Program-made: the position numbers and the translations under genes
The notes under the pieces: generated by a model
What the model saw: the letters and a program-made list of their open reading frames with translations, nothing else
Told to the model about the DNA's origin: nothing
Database searches by the model: none
Shown here: positions 1 through 9,875 of the stretch, piece by piece
Layout of the letters: every line of letters starts with the position of its first letter
Position numbering within the stretch: position 1 is the stretch's first letter
DNA from: Vicinamibacterales bacterium
Lineage (GTDB): Bacteria; Acidobacteriota; Vicinamibacteria; Vicinamibacterales; CAVVIG01
Reading direction: 5' to 3'
DNA: 64,000 nucleotides
NCBI GenBank assembly: GCA_035693505.1
Contig: DASSGK010000567.1
Location: forward strand, 4,734-68,733

Positions 1-363
1 GATGGTGAGGTTGGCATGCGCGCCGAATGTCGCGCCGAAGGACGCCGCCCGCGCCAGCTTCTCGGAGACGACCAGCGAGGTCACCTTATCGAGTCCCAGG
101 CCCCCGTATGCCTCCGGCACGTCGACGCCGAGCAATCCAAGGTCGGCGGCGATCTTCACGAGTTGCCGCGCGAGCGTCCAGTCCTTCGTCTCGAGCTGAT
201 CGAGCTTGGTCAGCACTTCGTTGTCGACGAACTCCTGCGCCGTCCGGCCGATCAGCCGGTGTTCCTCCGTCAGGCGCTCGGGCGTGAACACGGAGTCGGC
301 CTCGGAGGGCTGGATCAGCCATTCGCCGCCGCGCAGGATCGATGTTTCGGTTGTTGTCGGCAT
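1..363 (-). CDS. acyl-CoA dehydrogenase, N-terminal 121 codons (gene runs off the left edge)
   Basis: Not in the ORF track because there is no stop in the window. My translation of the reverse complement of 363..1 gives MPTTTETSILRGGEWLIQPSEADSVFTPERLTEEHRLIGRTAQEFVDNEVL...VPEAYGGLGLDKVTSLVVSEKLARAASFGATFGAHANLTI, which looks like an ACAD N-terminal domain. The ATG lies 2 nt after the thiolase stop (TGAttATG). Confidence 0.75.
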   Translation of the reverse strand, partial: MPTTTETSILRGGEWLIQPSEADSVFTPERLTEEHRLIGRTAQEFVDNEVLTKLDQLETKDWTLARQLVKIAADLGLLGVDVPEAYGGLGLDKVTSLVVSEKLARAASFGATFGAHANLTI

Positions 364-365
364 AA

Positions 366-1604
<1,239 letters not shown>

Positions 1605-1616
1605 AACAGTTCTCAT

Positions 1617-1730
1617 GGTCCGGCTAAAGCCGGACACTACCGACGTCGAATCACGGTCCGGCTAAAGCCGGAGACCACCGATTTCAAACGGCCGCCGCCG
1701 TATTCGGTAGTGTCCGGCTTTAGCCGGACC
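1617..1730. repeat. Three copies of a 26-nt palindromic unit, GGTCCGGCTAAAGCCGGA(C/G)AC(T/C)ACCG
   Basis: Copies at 1617-1642 and 1655-1680 are direct. The copy at 1705-1730 is the exact reverse complement of copy 1. Each unit contains the hairpin GTCCGGCT-AA-AGCCGGAC. The element is intergenic, between the thiolase and the upstream hydrolase. Confidence 0.9.
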
Positions 1731-1731
1731 C

Positions 1732-2403
1732 TTATCCCTGCCAATCTCCCAACAAATCCTCGATCGCGTCGGCGACCTCGGCCACCTTCCCGTCGAACAG
1801 ATGATCGGCGGCGTCGATGACGACCATCTCCTTCGGCTCCGCGGCGCGCGCGTAGAAGGCGCGCATGTCTTTCAGGAAACAGATCTCGTCGAACTCGCCC
1901 TGGATGAAAAATTTCGGCTTCGTGCTGCGTTCGACGCTCCCGAAGTCGTAGCGCGTGATTGGCGGCGCGATGCCGATGAGCGCCGAGACACGCGGATCTT
2001 CGGCGCCGACCGACAGGGCCACCCAGGCGCCGAACGACATGCCGGCGGCCCAAATCGCCGCGCCGGGATAGAGCGTCGCCATGTAGTCGAGCGCGGCGCG
2101 AAAGTCGTCCTGTTCGCCCGGCCCGTTCGTGAAGCTCCCTGCGCTCGCGCCCGCACCGCGGAAGTTGAATCGCAGCACCGCGCAGCCGATCCGGCTGAGC
2201 GCCTTCGCCGCCTGATACACGACCTTCGTGTGCATCGTGCCGCCCTGGCTCGTCAGGGGATGCGCAAACACCACGGCGGCGCGCAAGCCATCCGGATGGC
2301 CCTGACTGACGCGGCCGTCGTGGCCGATCGCCCCGGGCGCCATGGGCTCCTCGAGGAGCGCTTCAAGCCGTCCGGCCGGTCCGGCGAATTCACGCGGCGG
2401 CAT
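1732..2403 (-). CDS. alpha/beta hydrolase (COG2945-like)
   Basis: GMSFGAW nucleophile elbow and overall alpha/beta-fold pattern. Start trimmed to MPPREFAGPAGRLEALL, which gives a 14-nt overlap with the upstream gene. Confidence 0.75.
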   Translation of the reverse strand: MPPREFAGPAGRLEALLEEPMAPGAIGHDGRVSQGHPDGLRAAVVFAHPLTSQGGTMHTKVVYQAAKALSRIGCAVLRFNFRGAGASAGSFTNGPGEQDDFRAALDYMATLYPGAAIWAAGMSFGAWVALSVGAEDPRVSALIGIAPPITRYDFGSVERSTKPKFFIQGEFDEICFLKDMRAFYARAAEPKEMVVIDAADHLFDGKVAEVADAIEDLLGDWQG

Positions 2404-3202
2404 GTTCTCTTCTCGACAGAAACTCGTGGACGATACGCGCGAATTCCCGGGAGCGCGTGTTGCAGCCAAGATGGCCGGTCTGCGGGATCGCGACGAGCTT
2501 GGCGCCGGCGATCATCTGCGCGTAGCGCTCCGTGCCGCTGACCGGAACGATGCGATCGAGTGTGCGATCCCCGGTGATGACGAGGGTCGGCGCCGAGACG
2601 CGCGCGCAGTCGCCTTCGACATCGAGCGAGCGCAGCAGTTTGGCGCGCTGCGCAAGGCGGTTGACTGAAATGGGAGCAGTCACCAGCTTCGCTGCCTGGC
2701 CGAGCCCGAACGCCGCCCGGTCGCGCAGCGACGGCAAGGCCGTCAGCATTTCCCGCCTGAGACGCAGCGGCGTTTCGGCGAGAAACAGCGGCATGAAAAT
2801 CCAGGGCAGGCGCACGTACACCTCGTGGCGCCGCTTGAGATGCCACGGCGGTCCCGGCGTCGACACCAGCACGAGCGCCGACGTGCGATCAGGTGCCGCC
2901 GCGGCAAAGCGCAGAGCCGCGAGACCGCCAAACGAGATGCCGCAGATCGCCGCGCGCTCCAGACCACGGTCGTGCATCACCGCGGAGATCTGATCGACAT
3001 AGTTGTCCAGGCCGCGCGCTTCGTCGAACGGCAGGCCGGAGGCACGCTCTCCCGCGAGCGCGAACGTGATGACGCGAAAATGCTCCGCGAGCGCGGCGAT
3101 CGCCGGCTCGACGTACTCCCATCGTCCCTGGACGCCAGGGATCACGATGAGGGCCGGTCCGCTTCCACGGTCGATCAGTTTCACGAAGCCTCTGTTTCTC
3201 AC
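2390..3202 (-). CDS. alpha/beta hydrolase
   Basis: 270 aa with GISFGG (G-x-S-x-G) and a C-terminal TGH histidine. It lies in the same operon as the beta-oxidation genes. Confidence 0.8.
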   Translation of the reverse strand: MRNRGFVKLIDRGSGPALIVIPGVQGRWEYVEPAIAALAEHFRVITFALAGERASGLPFDEARGLDNYVDQISAVMHDRGLERAAICGISFGGLAALRFAAAAPDRTSALVLVSTPGPPWHLKRRHEVYVRLPWIFMPLFLAETPLRLRREMLTALPSLRDRAAFGLGQAAKLVTAPISVNRLAQRAKLLRSLDVEGDCARVSAPTLVITGDRTLDRIVPVSGTERYAQMIAGAKLVAIPQTGHLGCNTRSREFARIVHEFLSRREHAAA

Positions 3203-3230
3203 TTCCTCAAAATCCGCGCTTCCTCGAACC

Positions 3231-5519
3231 CTAATTTCTGAGGGGCTTGCCGGTTTTCAACGTGTGCTGAATACGCTCCAGCGTCTTGCGCTCTCCGCAC
3301 AGTTTCAGGAACGCTTCGCGCTCCAGCTCGAGGATGTACTCCTCGCTGACCGTCGTCTGGTGCGGCAGTGCACCGCCCGATAACACGTTCGCGAGCGCGC
3401 GGCCGACGACCGCGTCGTGATCGCTGATGCGGCCGGCTCTCCATGCCAGGTGGACGCCGAGCTTGATCGCCGCGAGCACGGTCTGGCCGCCGGCCAGGAT
3501 CGCGGTCCGCCGCGCGGGACGCTGGTAGCCTTCCTGCACGCGCTCGAGCGCATACGCCTTGGCGTCGGCCATGAGGCGCTCGCGGTTCATCGTCACGCGA
3601 TCGGCGTCGCCCAGGAAACCGAGCCGTCTTGCATCCGCGGCGCTCGTCGACACTTTCGCAAATCCGATGGTCTCGAAGGCCTGCTGAACGAACGGCAGCA
3701 GGTCGGGGTGGTTGGCCGGCAGTCCGTGAACCGCTCGCGCCAGCATTTCCTTGGTGCCGCCGCCGCCGGGTATCAGGCCGACGCCGACTTCGACGAGTCC
3801 GATATAACTTTCCGCGGCAGCCTGGACTCGGTCGGCGTGCAATGCCATCTCGCAGCCGCCGCCGAGCGTCAGCCCGGCGGGTGCGACGATCACGGGAACG
3901 TCGGCGTAGCGCAGCGCCTGGGTCGCGCCCTGGAACGTGCGAATCATCAGGTCGATCTCGTCCCAGTTGCCCTCCTGCGCCTCCAGCAGGAGCAGCATCA
4001 GGTTGGCGCCCGCGGAGAAGTTCGCCGCGTCGTTTCCGACGACGAGCGCCGCGAAGTTCGCCGCAGCCTCTTTTACGCCGGCGTGGATCATTTGAATCTG
4101 ATCGCCGCCGATGGCGTTCATCTTCGCGTGGAACTCGAGGGCCAGGACGCCGTCGCCGAGGTCGACGAGGCTCGCACCGGAGTTCTTGCGGACGATCCTG
4201 TTCCGTTCACGCGCGGACTTCAGGATCCACAGGTCGCTCGGCTGAAGCGTTCCGTGATCGCTCGGCTGAAGCCTTCGCGCTACATTCGATGCTGAGGAGC
4301 CTTCCTGTAGCGCGAAGGCTTTAGCCGAGCGTTCGTCGGTGGCTTGAGCCGAGCGTTCACTGCCTGTGAGGGTCGAGCGCCCGAGCGCCTCGATGATCGC
4401 GAACGGGCCCAGCTCCCAGCCGAATCCCCATCGCATCACCCGGTCCACATCGTCAGGCGAGTGCGCGATGTCGGGAGTGACTTTGGCCGTGTACTCGAGG
4501 GTCGGACCCAGTGTCTCGCGCAGGAATTCGCCGACCTTGTCCTTGCCGTGATAGAGCGACTTGATCCGTTCGCCGGTGTCTTCGATCGACTTTCCGGCCT
4601 CGATGGATGCCAGGCGCGCCGGTTGCTTCGGCCGGTACTCGAGCGTCGCGGGATCGAGCGTCAGGATCTCGCTGCCATCCTTTGTCTTTACGCGCTTGTA
4701 GAAGCCTTGACCGGCTTTCTCGCCGATCATCCCCTTCTCGATCATCGCCTTCACGAACGCCGGCAGCTCGAAGCCGAGGTTCTTCGCGACGTGCGCCAGG
4801 ATGTCGATGCCGGCAATGTCCATCGTCCGGAACGTGGCGCTTTTGGGGCGCCCGAGCGCCGGCCCGGTGATCGCGTCAATTTCCTCGATCGTGTAGCGGC
4901 CGCTCTCGAGCGCCTTCAGCGTCAGCATCACGCCATACAGTGCGAGATGGTTGCCGATGAAGTTCGGCGTGTCCTTCGCGAGCACCACGCCTTTGCCGAG
5001 TCGATGATCCGTGAACTGTGAGACGCGTTCGACGACGTCCGGATCGGTTTCGGCCGTCGGGATGACTTCGACGAGATGAAGGTAGCGGGGCGGGTTGAAG
5101 AAGTGCGTGCCGAGCCAGTGTCGTCGAAAATCGTCGCTTCGCCCTTCAGCGAGCGTCGCAATCGGAATTCCGGACGTGTTCGACGACACGATCGTGCCGG
5201 GACGACGAACGGCGTCGACGCGCTCGAGCAGCGTGCGCTTGATGTCGAGCTGTTCGACGACTGCTTCCGTGATCCAGTCCACCGACGCCAGCGCCGCGAA
5301 GTCTGTGTCGAACCCACCTATCGTGATGCGGGTGGCGGTGTCGCCTGTAAAGAATGGATCGGGCTTGAGCGACCGCGCGCGCTTGAGCCCCTCGCGCGCC
5401 ACGTCCGCGGTCAGGTCGAGCAGCATCACCGGGACGCCCGCATTCGCGAAGTGCGCGGCGATCTGCGCGCCCATCGTTCCGGCTCCGAGAACCGCCACCG
5501 ATCGGATCGTGTGCGCCAT
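3231..5519 (-). CDS. fused 3-hydroxyacyl-CoA dehydrogenase / enoyl-CoA hydratase (FadB/FadN-like)
   Basis: N-terminal VAVLGAGTMGAQIAAH Rossmann motif and HAD domain, plus a C-terminal crotonase fold (GGGCEMALHAD). A 42-codon repeat-derived insert sits in the interdomain linker. Confidence 0.9.
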   Translation of the reverse strand: MAHTIRSVAVLGAGTMGAQIAAHFANAGVPVMLLDLTADVAREGLKRARSLKPDPFFTGDTATRITIGGFDTDFAALASVDWITEAVVEQLDIKRTLLERVDAVRRPGTIVSSNTSGIPIATLAEGRSDDFRRHWLGTHFFNPPRYLHLVEVIPTAETDPDVVERVSQFTDHRLGKGVVLAKDTPNFIGNHLALYGVMLTLKALESGRYTIEEIDAITGPALGRPKSATFRTMDIAGIDILAHVAKNLGFELPAFVKAMIEKGMIGEKAGQGFYKRVKTKDGSEILTLDPATLEYRPKQPARLASIEAGKSIEDTGERIKSLYHGKDKVGEFLRETLGPTLEYTAKVTPDIAHSPDDVDRVMRWGFGWELGPFAIIEALGRSTLTGSERSAQATDERSAKAFALQEGSSASNVARRLQPSDHGTLQPSDLWILKSARERNRIVRKNSGASLVDLGDGVLALEFHAKMNAIGGDQIQMIHAGVKEAAANFAALVVGNDAANFSAGANLMLLLLEAQEGNWDEIDLMIRTFQGATQALRYADVPVIVAPAGLTLGGGCEMALHADRVQAAAESYIGLVEVGVGLIPGGGGTKEMLARAVHGLPANHPDLLPFVQQAFETIGFAKVSTSAADARRLGFLGDADRVTMNRERLMADAKAYALERVQEGYQRPARRTAILAGGQTVLAAIKLGVHLAWRAGRISDHDAVVGRALANVLSGGALPHQTTVSEEYILELEREAFLKLCGERKTLERIQHTLKTGKPLRN
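4233..4358. repeat. 126-nt compound palindromic element embedded in frame in the fadB-like CDS
   Basis: Inner arms are 4259-4283 (CGCTCGGCTGAAGCCTTCGCGCTAC) and 4307-4331 (GTAGCGCGAAGGCTTTAGCCGAGCG), with one mismatch. Outer arms are CGCTCGGCTGAAGCG and TTGAGCCGAGCG. The element is 126 nt, exactly 42 codons. Confidence 0.9.
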
Positions 5520-6148
5520 TACCTGGCCCGCGCGCCGCTGATGAAGACGTCGACCACCGTGTCGGCCTCGGCTTCGAGGGAATAGCGGCGGCGACTCAGG
5601 ATCCAGTTGGTGGCCATCTCGTCGAGCGCGCCGAAGAGCATCTTCGCCATCGCCGTCGCCTTCACGTCGGAGCGGAATAGACCCTCACGCTGACCATCGG
5701 CAACCGCCTCGCGGATGAGCCCGAGGTAATCACGCAGCAGCGTTGCGGAAAAGCGTTCCATGAACTTCGTGGACTGTCGCAGCTCCACCTGAAACACGAT
5801 CGCCAGGTTGCGGTCGCGGCCAAGCCGTGCGAGGTGAGCGCGCGCCAGGCGCAACAGGCGCTCGCGGGGATCGGACTCGTCCGCCACGGCCGCGCGCCCC
5901 TTCGTCAGGCCTTCGCGCATGCTGCGCTCGAAGATGGAAACCAGGAGGTCGTCTTTGCTCTTGAAGTAGAGATAAACGGTGCCGGCGGCGACGCCGGCGG
6001 CGCGGGCGACATCGGCGACCTGTGCGTTGAAGAAGCCGCGCTCGGCGAAGACATCGATCGCCGCGCGGAGGATCGCGTCTCGTTTGGGACCCGGCGGCGC
6101 CTCAGGGGCGGCGGGCCGGCTGCGGCGCGCGACAACGTTCAGCGGCAT
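5519..6148 (-). CDS. TetR/AcrR-family regulator, probably a FadR-type repressor of the beta-oxidation operon
   Basis: TetR helix-turn-helix region (ILRAAIDVFAERGFFNAQVADVARAAGVAAGTVYLYFKSKDDLL). It is the first gene of the fad operon. Start trimmed to MPLNV (ATG at 6148) because the track start at 6166 lies inside the operator palindrome. Confidence 0.8.
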   Translation of the reverse strand: MPLNVVARRSRPAAPEAPPGPKRDAILRAAIDVFAERGFFNAQVADVARAAGVAAGTVYLYFKSKDDLLVSIFERSMREGLTKGRAAVADESDPRERLLRLARAHLARLGRDRNLAIVFQVELRQSTKFMERFSATLLRDYLGLIREAVADGQREGLFRSDVKATAMAKMLFGALDEMATNWILSRRRYSLEAEADTVVDVFISGARAR

Positions 6149-6172
6149 GACTGAATGAATGTTCATTCAGTC
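6149..6172 (-). promoter_or_regulatory. Palindromic operator GACTGAATGAA-TG-TTCATTCAGTC with an overlapping putative promoter
   Basis: Perfect 11-bp inverted arms with a 2-nt spacer, directly abutting the TetR start codon. On the minus strand there is a TTGACA at 6188-6183 and a GAACAT -10 candidate at 6164-6159 inside the operator, with an 18-nt spacer. Confidence 0.7.
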
Positions 6173-6196
6173 CGCCGCCGGATGTCAATGTTGCGA

Positions 6197-7237
6197 TTAC
6201 TCCGGCGAACGGGTTGGGAACTCGAACAGGCCCGGCGTGACGAGCAGCCGGCCCTTGCCGCCGAAAAACAGGCTGTTCGGCGACATGATTCCGGCCGCCC
6301 GAAACTGCACCGTCCGGATCTTGTCGCCGTCGCGATCGAACACGTAGGTGTAGGGAACGGTGAACGCGACCCAGAGACGGCCCGCCGGATCCACGGCGGC
6401 CGTACGAATCGTCGGCGTCACCAGCGGCAGCTCGCCCTCGTCAGTCTTGCGTGTGGGCCACTTCGACGGCAGGGCGGCGACCAGCGCATCGATCTCGCGA
6501 CCCTGGATGCGGCGCTCGAACACGAGTTGTCCTGCGGCGTCGTACTTCTGGAACACCGGCTCGCCGGTTTGAAAGACGAAGAAGAAGCCCCCCGACGGAT
6601 CGACGAGCGGAATCCCGCTGTTGAGTGCCAGGTGCAATTCCGCATCCTCTTCATGGCCGGTATGCCTCAGGCGGCCGAATGTCCGGTGCACGCCGCCGTT
6701 CAACTCGTACTCGCTGATGAGCGCACCCGTCTCGGGTTGCGACATCAGGATCGACGTGCCGGTGTATTGCAGGGACCCAATCCCGCTCAACACCGCGCTG
6801 TCGAAGACGACGCGTGGTTTCAACCGGCCGGGCAGCATGAACCCGCCGATCCGGAAACCGGCGGGCGAGAAAATCTGGATCCGCTCCCGATTGTTCGGAG
6901 CGTCGGCGACGATGAAGGTGCCGTTGGGTTCGACGGCAAACGCTGTGGGGTCGATGATCTTGCCAGATTCGCCGCCGATCGTGACGATCGTCCACGCGCT
7001 CGACATCTGGGCGTCGAGTCCATAGACCGTGTGCGCGCGTCGATCGAAGACGAAGTACTGCCCCGAGGACGACTGCTGGAACCCGACCGGCTCTCGAAAC
7101 TGACCCGCGACGTGCGCGGGCACGGCGCCTGACGAACGAATCACATCCGGCGCCAGCGCCTCCAGGGAGATCACGAACACGAAGAAACCGCAGAGACCGC
7201 TGAGACCGCGGAGAGATTTCCTGGAAAGAGAAAACAC
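6197..7237 (-). CDS. exported NHL-repeat beta-propeller protein
   Basis: NHL-like repeats (DPTAFAVEPNGTFIVADAPNNRERIQIFSPAG). N-terminal hydrophobic signal SLRGLSGLCGFFVFVISLEA. Start set to the GTG at 7237, because the track ORF (to 7636) would overlap the upstream E1 gene. Confidence 0.65.
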   Translation of the reverse strand: MFSLSRKSLRGLSGLCGFFVFVISLEALAPDVIRSSGAVPAHVAGQFREPVGFQQSSSGQYFVFDRRAHTVYGLDAQMSSAWTIVTIGGESGKIIDPTAFAVEPNGTFIVADAPNNRERIQIFSPAGFRIGGFMLPGRLKPRVVFDSAVLSGIGSLQYTGTSILMSQPETGALISEYELNGGVHRTFGRLRHTGHEEDAELHLALNSGIPLVDPSGGFFFVFQTGEPVFQKYDAAGQLVFERRIQGREIDALVAALPSKWPTRKTDEGELPLVTPTIRTAAVDPAGRLWVAFTVPYTYVFDRDGDKIRTVQFRAAGIMSPNSLFFGGKGRLLVTPGLFEFPTRSPE

Positions 7238-7281
7238 GACAACTCTGCGGTCTTTGCGGTCTCCGCCGTTCCTTCTTGCCG

Positions 7282-9402
7282 TCAGTAGCGTGCGGTTTCG
7301 CGGATTGCCTTCAGGATGTCGGAGGACTGCGGGAGGATCGCCTCTTCGAGATCGGGACTGTACGCCACAGGCACGTTCTTCGCCCCGATGCGCTTCACCG
7401 GCGCGTCGAGATGTTCGAACAGCTCGCCGGCGATCCTCGCGGCGATCTCGGCGCCGAATCCGCACATCAGCTGGTCCTCGTGCGCGACCACCACGCGGTT
7501 GGTCCGTTTGACGTGCGCGGCGATGGCGTTCCAATCGTAGGGAACGATCGTCCGCAGATCCAGCACGGCGACGCTGAAATGATCCTTCTCGGCCTGCTGT
7601 GCCGCCAGCAGCGAGCGCTGAACCAGCGCTCCCCACGTGATGACCAGCACATGGTCACCTTCGCGGCGCAAGCTCGCCTTCCCGAAGGGGATCATGAAAT
7701 CTTTGCCCTGATATTCACCCTTGTTGTAGGTCTGCCGGTAGAGATGCTTGTGCTCGAGGAAGAGGACCGGGTCGTCGCAGCGGATCGCGGTTCGGAGGAG
7801 TCCGGCTGCGTCGATCGCCGTCGACGGATAGGCGATTCGTATCCCCGGGCAGTGCGCGAAGATGCTCTCGCCCGACTGACTGTGGTACGGCCCGCCGCCG
7901 CGCAGGTAGCCGCCAATCGGCACGCGCATCACGACCGGCGCCGACCAGCTGTTGCCTGACCGGTACCGCATCATCGACAGCTCGTCGCGGATCTGCATCA
8001 TCGCCGGCCAGATGTAGTCGAAGAACTGAATCTCGACAACCGGCTTCAGCTTTCGCGCCGCCATCCCGGTCGCGCGTCCGACGATGCCGGCCTCGGCGAG
8101 GGGAGCGTTGAACACGCGATCGTCGCCGTAAAGCCGCTGCAGACCGTGGGTCAGCTTGAACACGCCGCCTTTGCCGGACACAACCGGCAGCGCATCCCGC
8201 TTGCTGGCGTCCGCGACGTCTTCGCCAAAGACGACGATGCGCGGATTCCGCGCCATTTCATCTTTCAGCGTGCGATTGATGGCCGAGACCATCGTGTCGG
8301 GCTTGCCTTCCGGTTGCGCCGGCGTCTCGAATGCCGACGAGGTCGGATCGACGTCCGGAGAATAGAGCCACATCTCGGCGCTGTTCTTCGGCGGCTTGGG
8401 CGCCGCGAGCGCCTGCAGTGCGGCCTCGTTGACCTCACGCTCGACGTCAGCGGCAAGCGCGGCGAGCTCTTCGTCTGTGGCGAGCCCGTTCTTCTTCAGG
8501 AACTCGCTGAACCTCGCGATCGGATCGCGCTTCGCCTCCGCCTCCCGCTCGGCCGGCGGCTTGTAGAGCTTCTCGTCGTCGGAGAGCGAGTGCGAATAAG
8601 GACGGATGCAGCGCGCGTGAACGAATGCCGGACCTTTCCGCTCGCGCACGTAGGCCGTGGCCTTGCGCATGGTCCGGAGGCTGCTGAAGAAATCGGTCCC
8701 GTCGATGGAGTCGACGTGCAAGCCGGGGAAGGAGCGGACGAGGCGCGAGATGTCGCCGCCGGCTGTCTGCACTTCGACCGGGACCGAGATCGCGTAGCCG
8801 TTGTCCTCGACGAGAAAGAGCACCGGAAGCTGCTTGATGCAGGTCGCGTTGAGCGCTTCCCAGAACTCTCCCTCGCTCGTGGCGCCTTCGCCGAGCGAGA
8901 CGTACGTGATTTCGTCGGCCTTGAATCGCGCCTCGCGATCGGGAATCTGCGTCACGCGGCTGTAGATGACGCCGGCTTCGGCGGCGCCCACGGCCTGCAG
9001 CACCTGCGTGCCGGTGGGACTCGAGCCCGACACGATGTTCAACTTCGGATGGCCCCAGTGCGACGGCATCTGCCGTCCGCCCGACGCGGGATCGTCCTTG
9101 GCGCCGACGGCCGCGAGCAGCATTTCGAGCGGCGTGACACCCAACTGGAGACAGAGCGCGCGATCCCGGTAGTACGGATAGAACCAGTCGTAGCCCGCGC
9201 GCAGCGTCAGGCCCGCGGCGGCCAGCACCGCTTCGTGTCCGGCGCCGCTGATCTGAAAGAAGATCTGACTCTGGTTTTTGAGCTGAATCTCCTTGTCGTC
9301 CAGCTTGCGCGACAGGAGCATGCAGCGGTGCACGGCGAGCAGTTGATCGCGCGACAATCCCTCGACGGATTGCGCGTCACGCTCGTTCAAAACGGCTTTC
9401 AT
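7282..9402 (-). CDS. 2-oxoacid (branched-chain type) dehydrogenase E1 component, fused alpha and beta subunits
   Basis: 706 aa. The N-terminal half is a TPP-binding E1-alpha ([32 protein letters not shown]). The C-terminal half is E1-beta ([32 protein letters not shown]). Confidence 0.9.
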   Translation of the reverse strand: MKAVLNERDAQSVEGLSRDQLLAVHRCMLLSRKLDDKEIQLKNQSQIFFQISGAGHEAVLAAAGLTLRAGYDWFYPYYRDRALCLQLGVTPLEMLLAAVGAKDDPASGGRQMPSHWGHPKLNIVSGSSPTGTQVLQAVGAAEAGVIYSRVTQIPDREARFKADEITYVSLGEGATSEGEFWEALNATCIKQLPVLFLVEDNGYAISVPVEVQTAGGDISRLVRSFPGLHVDSIDGTDFFSSLRTMRKATAYVRERKGPAFVHARCIRPYSHSLSDDEKLYKPPAEREAEAKRDPIARFSEFLKKNGLATDEELAALAADVEREVNEAALQALAAPKPPKNSAEMWLYSPDVDPTSSAFETPAQPEGKPDTMVSAINRTLKDEMARNPRIVVFGEDVADASKRDALPVVSGKGGVFKLTHGLQRLYGDDRVFNAPLAEAGIVGRATGMAARKLKPVVEIQFFDYIWPAMMQIRDELSMMRYRSGNSWSAPVVMRVPIGGYLRGGGPYHSQSGESIFAHCPGIRIAYPSTAIDAAGLLRTAIRCDDPVLFLEHKHLYRQTYNKGEYQGKDFMIPFGKASLRREGDHVLVITWGALVQRSLLAAQQAEKDHFSVAVLDLRTIVPYDWNAIAAHVKRTNRVVVAHEDQLMCGFGAEIAARIAGELFEHLDAPVKRIGAKNVPVAYSPDLEEAILPQSSDILKAIRETARY

Positions 9403-9450
9403 CCGGGCGGAATTATATCATCCGGCCCTGTTGGTATATGCTCGACTTTC

Positions 9451-9813
9451 ATGAGCAGTCAGACGGTTCGTCTGCACCGGTGGGACGAGATCGCCCTCGA
9501 AAAAGTGACAGAAATGCTGTCGCGCAAGCTGGTGACCGGCGAGCGCGAGATGCTCGCGCAGATCTACCTGAAGCGCGGCTGCCTGGTACCGAAGCACTCG
9601 CACGAGAGCGAACAAATCACTTACGTGCTGCAAGGCGCGTTGAAGTTCCTGATCGGCGGCGAGGAGATCACGGTGCGCGAGGGCGAAGTGCTGCACATCC
9701 CGTCGTGGGTGGAGCACCAGGCCGAAGCGCTCGACGACACGTTCGAGCTCGATATCTTCAGCCCGATTCGGCAGGACTGGCTCGATCACACCGACGACTA
9801 CTTCCACCGGTAA
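9451..9813 (+). CDS. cupin-domain protein
   Basis: This is the last 121 codons of track ORF 8146..9813, starting at ATG 9451 (MSSQTVRLHRW...). Cupin motifs are PKHSHESEQITYVLQG and VLHIPSWVEHQ. The rest of that ORF is antisense to the E1 gene. Confidence 0.8.
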   Translation: MSSQTVRLHRWDEIALEKVTEMLSRKLVTGEREMLAQIYLKRGCLVPKHSHESEQITYVLQGALKFLIGGEEITVREGEVLHIPSWVEHQAEALDDTFELDIFSPIRQDWLDHTDDYFHR

Positions 9814-9875
9814 ACGGACGATCGCGGCCGCACATTTCACCGATCTCGCCGCGGCATCGTTGAAGGAGCTGTGTC

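Noticed and set aside
8146-9450. Long plus-strand ORF (555 aa) upstream of the cupin gene
   Set aside because: It is antisense to the well-supported E1 alpha/beta gene and has R/L/G-rich composition with no motifs. Only the last 121 codons (9451-9813) form a recognisable cupin.
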